Shown piece after piece: positions 56,488 through 64,000 of a DNA stretch of 64,000 nucleotides. The DNA is from Cyanophora paradoxa CCMP329 (lineage: Eukaryota > Plantae > Glaucophyta), in contig QPMI01000023.1 in assembly GCA_004431415.1 (NCBI GenBank), forward strand, positions 160,376 to 224,375. The letters run 5' to 3'. The position numbers and the translations under genes were made by a program. The notes below the pieces were generated by a model. The model searched no databases and was not told where the DNA came from. It saw only the letters and a list, made by a program, of their open reading frames with translations. Position 1 is the first letter of the stretch, and the number at the start of each line of letters is the position of its first letter.

Positions 56488-56766
56488 ATGCCGGAGGCGC
56501 AGAAGAAGCCCGCGAAAAAGGCGCCCACGAACGGGCAGGAGCGGCCCACCAAGGCGGAGGTGAAGGAGGCGAAGGAGAAGCTGAAGGGGCCGCCCGAATT
56601 TCCTAAGGGGCCGAAGCCGCTGTACGAGGACGTCTCGCCCGGCGAAATATTCGTGGCGATGCGCCCGACGAAGCAGGGGAAGAAGGGGGCCGAGAAGAAG
56701 GACGGGAAGGAAGACAAGGCCAAGACCGATAAAATTTCAAAGACAGCCCCTAAGAAGTGCAAATGA
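56488..56766 (+). CDS. Small Lys-rich basic protein (possible DNA-condensing core protein)
   Basis: K-rich, 92 aa; upstream ATTTTTCTGG motif. Confidence 0.6.
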   Translation: MPEAQKKPAKKAPTNGQERPTKAEVKEAKEKLKGPPEFPKGPKPLYEDVSPGEIFVAMRPTKQGKKGAEKKDGKEDKAKTDKISKTAPKKCK

Positions 56767-58739
56767 GGGGGCTCGCCTCGCGTTTCGCGCCGCGCAACGT
56801 GCTCGCGATCCCGGGGGGCGGGGACTCGCACATCACGCCCTTCGAGAGCGACAAGTACGCACACTTTCAGCAGCTGATGAAGACGGCGCTGGCGAGGGCC
56901 ACGCCGGAAATTCGGTTCGAGGAGCGCGATCGATCGGACAAGCTTGCCGAGGTGGAGGCGCAGGCCATCGCCAACGCGTACTACATCAACAAGTTCCAGC
57001 AGATGGAGTCGAGCCTCGACGAGGAGTACGAGGAGGGCTTCCGCGCCTGGCTGATGGGCCAGTCGGCCTTCACCGCGAACCTGAAGGCCAAGGGGGCGGG
57101 CGCCTGCGACGTGGACGGCAAGAACCTGACGGTGCTGCCGGGCGTGCGGGAGTTCTGCAAGTCGAAGGAGGATCAGATCACCGAATTCCTGAAGCGCAAG
57201 AAGCGCCTCGAGACGCTGGGCCCGATGAACCTCGAGGACGCGTACTACTACTACAAGTACATCATCAACGGCGAGGAGTTCAAACCCACGAGCATCTACG
57301 CGCGCGAGAACAAGAAGCCCGAGGAGCTGATCGGAGGGAGGTACGACCCCGACTACGCGAACCGCAACACGCGCCAGCCCTTCGCCCAGGCCGAGCCGCC
57401 CTCGAGCTCGGACAGCGAGGGGCCGGGGCCGGACGAGAGCCGCCAGCGCGACGTGCCCAGGGAGAGGCGACGGGCGAAGAAGCGGATGGACAAGGAAAAG
57501 TACATCAAGGCCCGCCGCGAGCAGAAGGTGCGCATCACGGACGGGGACAACGAGGCCATCGAGGCCAGTTTCCCGGAGGCGGCCATGGGCAGAGCAATCA
57601 AGGCGGGCAGGGGCGCGCGCGAGGCCCTCATTCAGAAGGCCCTACCGTCCAAGGAACCCAGGGACGAAATGATCGAGTCCGACGACGAAGGGGGGGCTCC
57701 GCCGCCGCCGGGGCCACCAGCGCCGCCAGCGCCGCCAGCGCCGCCAGCGCCGCCCGGGCCGAAGACGCCCCCGCTGGCGCCGCAGCCCGGCCCTCGCAGC
57801 CCCGGACACGGTGGCCAGGCCGTCCGCACCCCAGCGGAGCAGCCCCCGCCGCCGCCCCCGCCGCCGCCGCCGCCCGAGCCACAGGCGGGGCCCTCGCGCC
57901 CGCCAGAGGTGGTGGCGGCCGAGGCGGTGGCTGTTGCGGCGGCAAGGGCCGTGCTCGAGCAGGTGCCCGTCGCCGTCCAGGCCCAACTCGCAAACGCGGG
58001 GATAGAAATTGCCCCCTCGTCCCCGCGCGAGAAGGAAGCCGTGGACAAGCGCAGGGCCGCGTACAAGGATATGGGGCGGAGACCCGGGTATGCGACCATG
58101 GACGTAAACGATGCGCTTGAACTGGCCGCCAAGAAGGTGAAAGAGGCGACAGAAGCTCGCCGTGCGGGGCTGCTGAAGAAACTTCGCTCCGGTGCTCCAG
58201 GCAATCCAGCCAGTCCAGACGATCCCATGGACGAGGAGACGGAAGCGGAGCGCGCGGCCAATCGGGCTCGCCGGGAGGGATTCCTTGTGAGCGTATCGCC
58301 CGAAATCGCGCGCGCTGCAGGGGACGCCGCCGTTGCGAAATACCTTGCAGAAGAAATCGATTACAACCAACTGGCATCGATAGCCCATGCCCAGGCAGCT
58401 GGAGTCAACAAGGCACAGGCACGGATAGCAGAGCAGCACCGTGATATTTCGGACCTGGGCGGGGATGTCGTGAAATTCTTCGAAGCTGAGCGAGAAGCGG
58501 ACCCGCTCGGATCTGCGGCAAAGGGCCCCTTTATGGAGCGTGTGCGGCGCGTAGAGGAGCGGGCCCAGCAACTCATGAACTTGGATCCAGAGCGTTACTT
58601 CATGTTGGGCCAAGGACTTGCCCTGGGTTATCTTAACGGCACACGCGACTGGTCTGCGATCACGGACGCACTCCGCAAGAAGGCGTACGACGCGGACCTA
58701 GCGAGACGGGGGGCGCGCCCTCTAATAACGTTAACGTAG
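56763..58739 (+). CDS. Viral hypothetical protein (658 aa) with globular N-terminus and Pro-rich linker
   Basis: Long ORF directly upstream of the MCP; FRAWLMG..LPGVREF..GPMNLEDAYYYYKYI. Confidence 0.75.
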   Translation: MRGLASRFAPRNVLAIPGGGDSHITPFESDKYAHFQQLMKTALARATPEIRFEERDRSDKLAEVEAQAIANAYYINKFQQMESSLDEEYEEGFRAWLMGQSAFTANLKAKGAGACDVDGKNLTVLPGVREFCKSKEDQITEFLKRKKRLETLGPMNLEDAYYYYKYIINGEEFKPTSIYARENKKPEELIGGRYDPDYANRNTRQPFAQAEPPSSSDSEGPGPDESRQRDVPRERRRAKKRMDKEKYIKARREQKVRITDGDNEAIEASFPEAAMGRAIKAGRGAREALIQKALPSKEPRDEMIESDDEGGAPPPPGPPAPPAPPAPPAPPGPKTPPLAPQPGPRSPGHGGQAVRTPAEQPPPPPPPPPPPEPQAGPSRPPEVVAAEAVAVAAARAVLEQVPVAVQAQLANAGIEIAPSSPREKEAVDKRRAAYKDMGRRPGYATMDVNDALELAAKKVKEATEARRAGLLKKLRSGAPGNPASPDDPMDEETEAERAANRARREGFLVSVSPEIARAAGDAAVAKYLAEEIDYNQLASIAHAQAAGVNKAQARIAEQHRDISDLGGDVVKFFEAEREADPLGSAAKGPFMERVRRVEERAQQLMNLDPERYFMLGQGLALGYLNGTRDWSAITDALRKKAYDADLARRGARPLITLT

Positions 58740-58781
58740 GCGTCCACCCAAAAAATTTTCTCAACGCACCCCTAAACCACC

Positions 58782-60152
58782 ATGGCTTCCGCGCTCATCT
58801 CCACCCCCACGACCGCCCTGCACCACTCGCTGCGCAGCTCCGACGCGTCGGTGCACGTGCACGAGACCTTCGACACGGCGATGCCGTTCGTGGACGAGGT
58901 GCTCGAGGTGAGCCCCGTGCAGTCGGGCGTGGGCTTCGCCCAGACCGTCGACATCGTCATCCCGCACTCGGCGCCGATGTTCAACGACTCCTGGCTCAAG
59001 GTGACGCTGCCGGCGCTGACGAACGCGGACCACTTCTACATCCCGAAGGCCGGCTACGTGCTGCTCAAGACGGTGAAGATCTTCGTGGGCGCGCAGCTGA
59101 TCCACGAGTACAACGGCCATTACGACGCCATCTACGGCGAGTTCGAGGACGACAAGTCCGTCATCCAGCACGTCGACATGGTGAACAACCTCTGGGCGCA
59201 CCAGCCGCTGCGCCGCCGGGGCAAGGCCCCGAACACGCTGTACATACCGATTCGCATCGCGACGGGCCACGGTCGAAAGTTCGCAGTGCCGCTCCACAAG
59301 CTCCACTGCTCCGGAAACGACATGAAGCTGCAGATCACGTACGCCTCGCAGAAGGAGATCACGGCCTCGTACGTGGACGGCGGCCTGCACACGAACACCG
59401 GCCTGACGAGCACCGTCAGCCTGGACACCAAGCTCATCCTGCGCTACGTGCACGTCGACTCGCGCGAGCTGGCGCTGCACCCGAACTCGTTCACGTGGGC
59501 CGGCAAGTACGTGCAGCACTACCACGTCTCGTTCGAGTCGGGCAAGGCCATCCGCCTGCCCTTCACCGGAATCTGCTACGAGCTGATCATCGTGGTGCGC
59601 GACAAGCCGCACACCGACAACGGCGAGCACTTCTGGCGCTTCCGCCCGCTCGACAAGATCGAGCTGAAGTGCGACAACATCAAGGTGCTCGATAGCTCGA
59701 ACCACGACGCGCACTTTTTGCGCACGGCCATCACGCACAAGGAGCACACGCACGCCCCCGCGCGCAAGCACCTCGAGCTGCTGCGGGGCGTGACCTCGAT
59801 GGACGGGACGGCGGCGGCCGACGTGGCCGACGCGCTGCACCCGCACCCGTGGTCGGGCAACGACACGCCCCCCACGACCCTCGCGACCCACGACGGGCAC
59901 AGCAGCGACATCCAGCCCCGCAACGCGGGCCAGTTCGGGACGGAGTTCATCTACTCGCTCCCCTTCGGCACGGACGTGGCCGACAACACCAAGATGTTCG
60001 GCGGCCTCGACATGGGCGCCTTCAAGACCATCGAGCTCACGCTCACCACGCTCAAGACCTACGGCGCGGACAAGCCCGTGGCCGACATCTACTGCCGCTA
60101 CTACAACGAGATCACCTTCACCAAAGGCGGCGCCTACCGCCGCTTCCATTAG
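58782..60152 (+). CDS. Major capsid protein, NCLDV-type double jelly roll
   Basis: FAQTVDIVIP..WLKVTLPAL, GYVLLKTVKIFVGAQLI, TLYIPI, IRLPF..CYELIIVVR, IYSLPF, GGLDM, YYNEITFTKGGA parallel the NCLDV MCP blocks (FG..V...I.R.GDL, IGGQ.ID, HPVKEL, G.LNFSR, YN.LR...G). Confidence 0.88.
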   Translation: MASALISTPTTALHHSLRSSDASVHVHETFDTAMPFVDEVLEVSPVQSGVGFAQTVDIVIPHSAPMFNDSWLKVTLPALTNADHFYIPKAGYVLLKTVKIFVGAQLIHEYNGHYDAIYGEFEDDKSVIQHVDMVNNLWAHQPLRRRGKAPNTLYIPIRIATGHGRKFAVPLHKLHCSGNDMKLQITYASQKEITASYVDGGLHTNTGLTSTVSLDTKLILRYVHVDSRELALHPNSFTWAGKYVQHYHVSFESGKAIRLPFTGICYELIIVVRDKPHTDNGEHFWRFRPLDKIELKCDNIKVLDSSNHDAHFLRTAITHKEHTHAPARKHLELLRGVTSMDGTAAADVADALHPHPWSGNDTPPTTLATHDGHSSDIQPRNAGQFGTEFIYSLPFGTDVADNTKMFGGLDMGAFKTIELTLTTLKTYGADKPVADIYCRYYNEITFTKGGAYRRFH

Positions 60153-60239
60153 ATTGCCAGCTAGATTGCCAGAGAGGGCGAGCCTCGGCCGCCGATGTGA
60201 ACCAATAAATTTTCCCACTGGGATCCTAACCGAGGCGCG

Positions 60240-61568
60240 ATGACGAAGGGCCACTCTATGATGGACATTGGGGAGGGCTCTAAGAAGCAGCGCCAGTCGC
60301 TGAAGAACGACCTGAAGGCCGACATGGACGGCATCGTGAACAAGTACCTTCCGGGCACGATTATGCCCGAGGTGCCCGTCGTAGATGGAACGAAGGCGGA
60401 CATCTACACGCCCGAGGACAAGGCGCGGGGCCTGGGGCTCAGCGGGGGGGAAACGAAGACCCTGCCCGCGATGAAGTACACGCCCTCGATGGAGAAGCTG
60501 ATGCGCATGGGCATCCGACAGCAGCTGCAGAACGCGAACCCCGGCCGCACGATCAACGAGGAGGATGTGGAGAACGCGTTCAGCCTGCGGAAGGAAATCA
60601 TGATTCGCGATTTCGACCAGTGGGCGATGACGGCCTTCGACCTGAAGCAGCCGGGCGTCGCCAAAATGCTCGAGGAATATTACCCCGAGCTGCTGGAGCG
60701 AATTACGAACATGATCGAGCAGGATATCGAAATTCAGCGCTTCGACAAGTATCAGAAGGTTTTCTTCCCGATGAACTACGACGATCTCGTCATGAAGTGG
60801 GCGCGCGAGCGCGGCTGGATCAAGACGATGGAAGAGATCGAGAAGGAGAACCTGCTCGGGCCGGCCGGTCGCTACGGGCAGACGGATGCGAACCCGCAGG
60901 GGCTGCGCGCGGGCTACACCCCCGACCTCTCGCCCATGTTCAACGCGCAGACGGCCAACATCAGCAGCGCCGTCAACAAGCCCTACGGCCGCAACGACGT
61001 GGACTTCAGCCGGGGCAATCCGTTTGGGGCGATGCTCCTCGATCAGCCGGGGACGCGCGGCCCGGCCCTGCCCACGGCCACGCCTTACGCGGACCAGAAC
61101 CTGCTGCCCCGCGTCGTCAACCCGCTCCCTGCGCTGCAGAGCAACCAGCTTGCCACGCCGTTCGAGAAAGGGCGCATGGAAGCGCTCCGTGCAAAGGGGA
61201 CGGTGGCCGGTATGTCCGAAGCATCGCAGACTGCAATTCAGACAGCCTTCCAGGCCCTCGTCCGGAACACGGAGAACAGTCAGATTACCATGCTCGCGGA
61301 AACGAACGCCCGGAAGGCGGAGATGTACGACCTAGCAGCCCGGGCCTCCGACCGGTCAGTAATTTCTGAGGCCCACGCGAGCACATGGCAGCGACGGAGG
61401 CGACGCTGGGCGAGCAGATCGAGGCGCGCTGGGGCCGCTTCCTCGACCTGCTGGAGCCGGAGGCCAAGGAGCCCGGGGTGCGGGCGCAGATCCAGTCGCT
61501 GCGCGGCATCGGGGCCACGGCGGTCATCGTTCTGTTCAGGAGGCACATCAACGCGGAGGCGGAATTGA
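60240..61568 (+). CDS. Viral hypothetical protein; true stop probably TAA 61360-61362 (1-nt indel)
   Basis: Protein-like up to ~aa 370; the tail overlaps the next gene and its promoter motif. Confidence 0.7.
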   Translation: MTKGHSMMDIGEGSKKQRQSLKNDLKADMDGIVNKYLPGTIMPEVPVVDGTKADIYTPEDKARGLGLSGGETKTLPAMKYTPSMEKLMRMGIRQQLQNANPGRTINEEDVENAFSLRKEIMIRDFDQWAMTAFDLKQPGVAKMLEEYYPELLERITNMIEQDIEIQRFDKYQKVFFPMNYDDLVMKWARERGWIKTMEEIEKENLLGPAGRYGQTDANPQGLRAGYTPDLSPMFNAQTANISSAVNKPYGRNDVDFSRGNPFGAMLLDQPGTRGPALPTATPYADQNLLPRVVNPLPALQSNQLATPFEKGRMEALRAKGTVAGMSEASQTAIQTAFQALVRNTENSQITMLAETNARKAEMYDLAARASDRSVISEAHASTWQRRRRRWASRSRRAGAASSTCWSRRPRSPGCGRRSSRCAASGPRRSSFCSGGTSTRRRN

Positions 61569-61714
61569 TCAAGGCGAAGGACGACTCGGTTTTCGAGAGG
61601 CTGCCGCAGGAGTACGCCTCGGCCGTGCGCTCGCTCTTCTACGGCAGCGGGCCGGAGCTGCGCGAGAAGCTGTGGCTGTACGTCGAGCTCTTCGTCGAGC
61701 TGACCTCGGAGTGA
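61385..61714 (+). CDS. Small helical protein resembling a conserved NCLDV family (I..KD..F ... K.W.Y..L..L)
   Basis: IKAKDDSVF..LREKLWLYVELFVEL; upstream TAATTTCTGAG motif. Confidence 0.65.
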   Translation: MAATEATLGEQIEARWGRFLDLLEPEAKEPGVRAQIQSLRGIGATAVIVLFRRHINAEAELIKAKDDSVFERLPQEYASAVRSLFYGSGPELREKLWLYVELFVELTSE

Positions 61715-61743
61715 AAAATATTTCTAAGGGGCAGGCGTAAAGG

Positions 61744-62536
61744 ATGGACCCCTCGGCGATGCTTGGCTTCGAGGCGCTGGCCGTGGACGGGCCGAACCCG
61801 TGGGAATCCCGCAGCCCCGGAAGAAGGGCCGCCCGCGAAGGAGGGCAAGGAAAAGGGGGAGAAGGCGCCGAAGGCCGACAGGATGGCGCTGCCGGCGACG
61901 GGCCCGCGGTGCCGCGCGGCGCGAGCAAGGGCGCGAGCTTCAGCGTGCAGGAGCACATCGAAATGACGAAGAAAAAGAGCAGAGCGTGAAAAAGGCGCTG
62001 GGAATCGACCTGCAGGAGCGGCCGCGGACGAGGCGCAGGTGGACGTGGACGAGAAGAAGCAGGTTCTGCGGCAGATCGCGCAGTACGGCGCTCGTTCGGG
62101 GGCGAGCTTACGTCCACGAAGAAGCTGAGCCTGGCGACGCCGCTGGACGAGCTGAAGGAAGAGTACGAGGAGATTCAGCGCGAGCTGAGCACGCGGGTTC
62201 GCTGGAGGCGGCGCGCTCTTTCTGATCGCGGGCATGCACTCGCTGGAGCACCTGAACAAGGCGTACGATCCGATCGGCCTGAAGCTCGACGGGCTCGGGC
62301 AGGCGACGCTCTCTTCGATGGACCAGGTGCAGCCGATCTTAGAGGAGCTGGTGATCAAGTACTCGCGCTACGTGACCCTGGGGCCCGAGGCGCGCCTGGG
62401 GATGGCCCTGGTGCAGACGGTGCTGGCGGTGCACGCGGCGAACGCGAACCCGGAGATGATGAAGGAGGTGACGGAGGCGGCGGCCTCGACGGCGGCGGAG
62501 CCCAAGGCGGTGGGCGGCAAGTTCAACGGCCTTTGA
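61744..62536 (+). pseudogene. Conserved NCLDV protein (DUF5767-like), multiple frameshifts
   Basis: Pieces across frames: MDPSAMLG, EKKQVLRQI, PLDELKEEYEEI, LEHLNKAYDPIGLKLDGL..ILEELVIKY..GPEARL. Confidence 0.6.
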
Positions 62537-62576
62537 GTGTAAAAGCTTGTAATCAATTGCACCAAAAATTCACAAT

Positions 62577-63360
62577 TTATTCGTCTAAACTACTGCATGG
62601 GGCTGCGTACATAGACTCGGGGTTTAGGTAGGCTCGAAGCTGGCCTCGTTGTCGTAGGGCCTGAAGGCCAGCTCGGCGTGCGGCCTGCGAAGCGAAAGGC
62701 GCCGACCTTGCACTGCTGCACGGCGAGGAATGACCACTTGAGGCCGAACTTGCCCTCGGGGATGGCGTAGGCGGTGTCGATTTGACGAGGGCGGCACCAG
62801 GTCGCCGGTGCCGATGTGGCGCGCTCGGTGATGAGGTAGTTGGACATGTCGACGACGGGGATGTCTTGCGCTTGCCCGCCATCGTCTGGTGCGGATGCGC
62901 ATGTTGAGGTACTTGTAGAAGGCCTGGCCCGACTCCTTGTCGACCTTGATGCGCACGCTGGGGGTCTGCAGCACCGAGATCTGGTCCTTGGAGAGGGAGC
63001 GCCGGGCGAGACCTTGAGCTTGGCCTGGTTTCTGCTGCACGAACTCGCAGAATTTCGCGTCCAGGGCCTCGAGCAGCTTGAGGAACTCGTCCGCGGCGGG
63101 GTTCGTCTGGCCGTCGACGGCGCTGAGATCGGTGAGGTCAGCGTGTAGAATCCGCCGTTTTCTTCCATGACAAGGCCTTCTTCTCGTCGCTCCAAGCTTG
63201 CCTTGCTCGGTGTGATGCAGGGGTTGATGGTGACCATGGGCGGCGCGTACATCATGAGGCCCTGCAGGCCGTCGTACTTGGCCTTGATGCGGCCGGTGGC
63301 GTCGATCTCGAAGGCGAGCTTGGCGGGGTCGATCTCGTTGGCGTTGCGGACGGTGGCCAT
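62577..63360 (-). pseudogene. OB-fold single-stranded DNA-binding protein (NCLDV/T7 gp2.5-like), multiple frameshifts
   Basis: EIDPAKLAF..IKAKYDG..LMMYAPPM; EFLKLLEALDAKFCEF; IPVVD; KFGLKWSFLAVQ. Confidence 0.6.
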
Positions 63361-63462
63361 GTTGTCTGAGCTTAGTGTGCGATCAGCCTAGCGCTAGAAA
63401 ATATTTAAGGGCGCCCCACCTGACTTCAGGCTGACCTCGGGTGATTCAGGTAAAACACGTGT

Positions 63463-63732
63463 TCAATTCACCATCAGATCCTCTATGACGGCTACACGAA
63501 TCGAGCTAATCCTGAACCTGCCTACAATGCACTTGTCTCTCCAGAGCACGAGCTCGCTCTTGCGGGGGAGCAGCTCAATCCAATCGTACTCATCGCCCTT
63601 GCGGTGCTCCGAAGAAATGTCGCGAAGGAGCTTGCAGAAGTAGAACGTGTTGCGCCTGAAATCATCGTCGTGCATTACGTATGCGAAGATGCCGAAGGTG
63701 AGGCAGCAGGTGAAGTAGGTGGGGGTGCACAT
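63463..63732 (-). CDS. Viral hypothetical protein (89 aa)
   Basis: ORF downstream of the E-box array. Confidence 0.45.
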   Translation of the reverse strand: MCTPTYFTCCLTFGIFAYVMHDDDFRRNTFYFCKLLRDISSEHRKGDEYDWIELLPRKSELVLWRDKCIVGRFRISSIRVAVIEDLMVN

Positions 63733-63797
63733 TCCTGATTTCCCTTGGCTGTGAAGTGTGAGCGGATGGTGCGGCGCGCCTGCGGTTTTGAGGCCGT

Positions 63798-63887
63798 TCA
63801 GGTGAGGGTCAGGTGAGCGCTCAGCTGAGGTTCATGTGAGGGCAACTTGAAAATTCGGCGTCATTTACGTCAGCGTCATTTACGTCA
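63798..63887. promoter_or_regulatory. Phased E-box array plus tandem 15-bp TGACG-containing repeat
   Basis: TCANNTGA at 63798, 63809, 63821 and 63832; GCGTCATTTACGTCA x2 at 63858-63887. Confidence 0.5.
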
Positions 63888-63979
63888 CGGAGTTTGGGCC
63901 CGAGTCCCGGGCCCAGCCCCTCGCCAAGTAGTAAAAAAATAGATTCAAACCTTGGCGCCATTTTCTGAGGCTAGCTGCC

Positions 63980-64000
63980 ATGGACGACCTCTGTATCCTT
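63980..64000 (+). CDS. Start of next viral gene (truncated by window end)
   Basis: ATTTTCTGAG motif 15 nt upstream of ATG (MDDLCIL). Confidence 0.5.

Larger units (their letters stand above)
33900..64000. mobile_element. Endogenous small NCLDV-related DNA virus (Mriyaviricetes / Yaravirus-like), incomplete at right edge; left boundary approximate
   Basis: Abrupt switch to tightly packed, essentially intronless ORFs encoding NCLDV-type DJR MCP, A32 ATPase, VLTF3, RuvC, SSB and two HUH endonucleases; contiguous with intron-rich host genes. Confidence 0.85.

Noticed and set aside
58761-60254. 497-aa minus-strand ORF
   Set aside because: Antisense shadow of the major capsid gene.
33900-64000. 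Polinton/Maverick, PLV or virophage assignment
   Set aside because: No pPolB, rve integrase or adenain-type protease is seen; the MCP is NCLDV-like, and VLTF3, RuvC and HUH genes are present.

Overview
The window has two parts. Positions ~1-31500 are GC-rich, intron-dense eukaryotic (protist/algal) chromosome with introns of ~50-85 nt, many with GC donors. It carries six genes: a soluble adenylyl cyclase (ADCY10-like), a CUB-REJ-GPS surface protein, an LRR protein, an SPX-EXS phosphate exporter (XPR1/SYG1/PHO1 family), a PIH1-domain co-chaperone and an EngB/YihA GTPase with a putative plastid transit peptide. Next is a 1.46-kb element with perfect 44-bp terminal inverted repeats, containing a nested tRNA-derived SINE (poly-A tail, 14-bp target-site duplication). 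From ~33900 to the window end lies a gene-dense, essentially intronless viral region that runs off the right edge. It encodes an NCLDV-type double-jelly-roll major capsid protein, A32-like packaging ATPase, VLTF3, RuvC-like resolvase, SSB, two tandem HUH (rolling-circle) endonucleases, candidate minor capsid proteins and a fibre/adhesin cluster (FN3-LamG, C1q, phage-tail-fibre-like). This gene set matches Mriyaviricetes (Yaravirus-like small relatives of giant viruses), here apparently endogenous. A WWTTTYCN motif precedes ~25 viral ATGs. Phased E-box arrays precede VLTF3 and lie near the SSB end, and there is an origin-like inverted-repeat/iteron locus. All calls come from reading motifs by eye; no searches were run, and host exon boundaries are approximate.
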